NCBI GenBank assembly: GCA_900314335.1
Contig: OMUV01000083.1
Location: 1 to 44,568, forward strand
Length of the DNA stretch: 44,568 nucleotides
Direction of reading: 5' to 3'
DNA from: an uncultured Prevotellaceae bacterium
GTDB taxonomy: Bacteria > Bacteroidota > Bacteroidia > Bacteroidales > Bacteroidaceae
Every line of letters starts with the position of its first letter. Within the stretch, counting starts at the first letter, position 1. Position numbers and translations under genes: made by a program. Under the pieces are notes generated by a model. It saw nothing but the letters and a program-made list of their open reading frames with translations. It ran no database searches and was not told the origin of the DNA. Positions 44,291-44,568 of this stretch are shown piece by piece.

Positions 44291-44568
44291 TTGTACCCCT
44301 TGTAAGTACGTGTAAATCAGCGCTCCCGGAAGGCCAAAATTATGTTTGAGACGATTTGAAATACCTCAAATGTGATTTTACTCGTCTCAAATGTAATTTT
44401 CGGGTTGTGCGGAAGTTTTTTTGAGAAGTGGTGGATGCCTTCTCAAATAACGGGAGAAAAGGCTATTGTTTCGGACAGCAAATTTATCCCGGCGGAGCAG
44501 GGGATTGAAGACCTCTGTATGTGGAAATCCTGTATCGTTTTGCGCGAAGGCGGGCCGGGAGTACGAAA
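44291..44568 (+). repeat. copy E4b of the intergenic repeat family, tandem to E4a and running off the window
   Basis: It has the same modules as E4a. Its end (ttttgcgcgaaggcgggccgggag) aligns with the entry into the GC-stem module of E1 (taatgcgcgaagctggctgggagggcc). Confidence 0.9.

Noticed and set aside
44083-44349. 88-aa ORF inside the E4a/E4b repeat copies, and other small ORFs within the repeat copies (15733..15975, 33478..33777, 33578..33856, 33710..33922).
   Set aside because: None is conserved in frame or position between copies of the repeat family, and they span module junctions. They are most likely fortuitous.

Overview
This is a GC-rich Bacteroidales-type chromosomal segment. 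The evidence is TAnnTTTG -7 promoter boxes in front of most operons, a purH-mreB-mreC-mreD-mrdA-rodA gene order, and a TonB-dependent receptor with a CarboxypepD_reg N-domain. Nearly all genes lie on the minus strand. GC-rich coding DNA produces many long spurious antisense ORFs.

Contents:
(1) 160-12072: an outer-membrane uptake locus. It holds a TonB-dependent receptor, a surface lipoprotein and a second beta-barrel, followed by two tandem clan-CD (C25/gingipain-like) peptidase-HEAT paralogs, a papain-like C1 peptidase and a small HmuY-like lipoprotein.
(2) A GH3 beta-glycosidase with a C-terminal discoidin/CBM32-like domain.
(3) The cell-shape operon, led by a purH reduced to its IMP-cyclohydrolase domain.
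(4) A glycan-degradation block at 23.7-33.1 kb: GH30-like, a hotdog thioesterase, an unknown secreted protein, a GH106-like and a GH78-like rhamnosidase.
(5) GH20 hexosaminidase, a SAM methyltransferase, an LPS/Kdo-kinase-like protein, a GH43/beta-helix fusion, ligA and tcdA.

I recognised no rRNA, tRNA, CRISPR array, transposase, integrase or classical defence gene.

The most unusual signal is non-coding. A modular, ORF-free repeat family of about 300-560 bp fills essentially every long intergenic spacer, with 7 whole or partial copies. It carries conserved palindromes that coincide with the Bacteroidota -7 promoter consensus and long-range GC stems. In two inverted copies it also carries contiguous 22-bp CAGCTG-centred tandem arrays, and these two copies bracket the 11-kb glycoside-hydrolase block.

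All family assignments come from motif recognition by eye. No searches were run.
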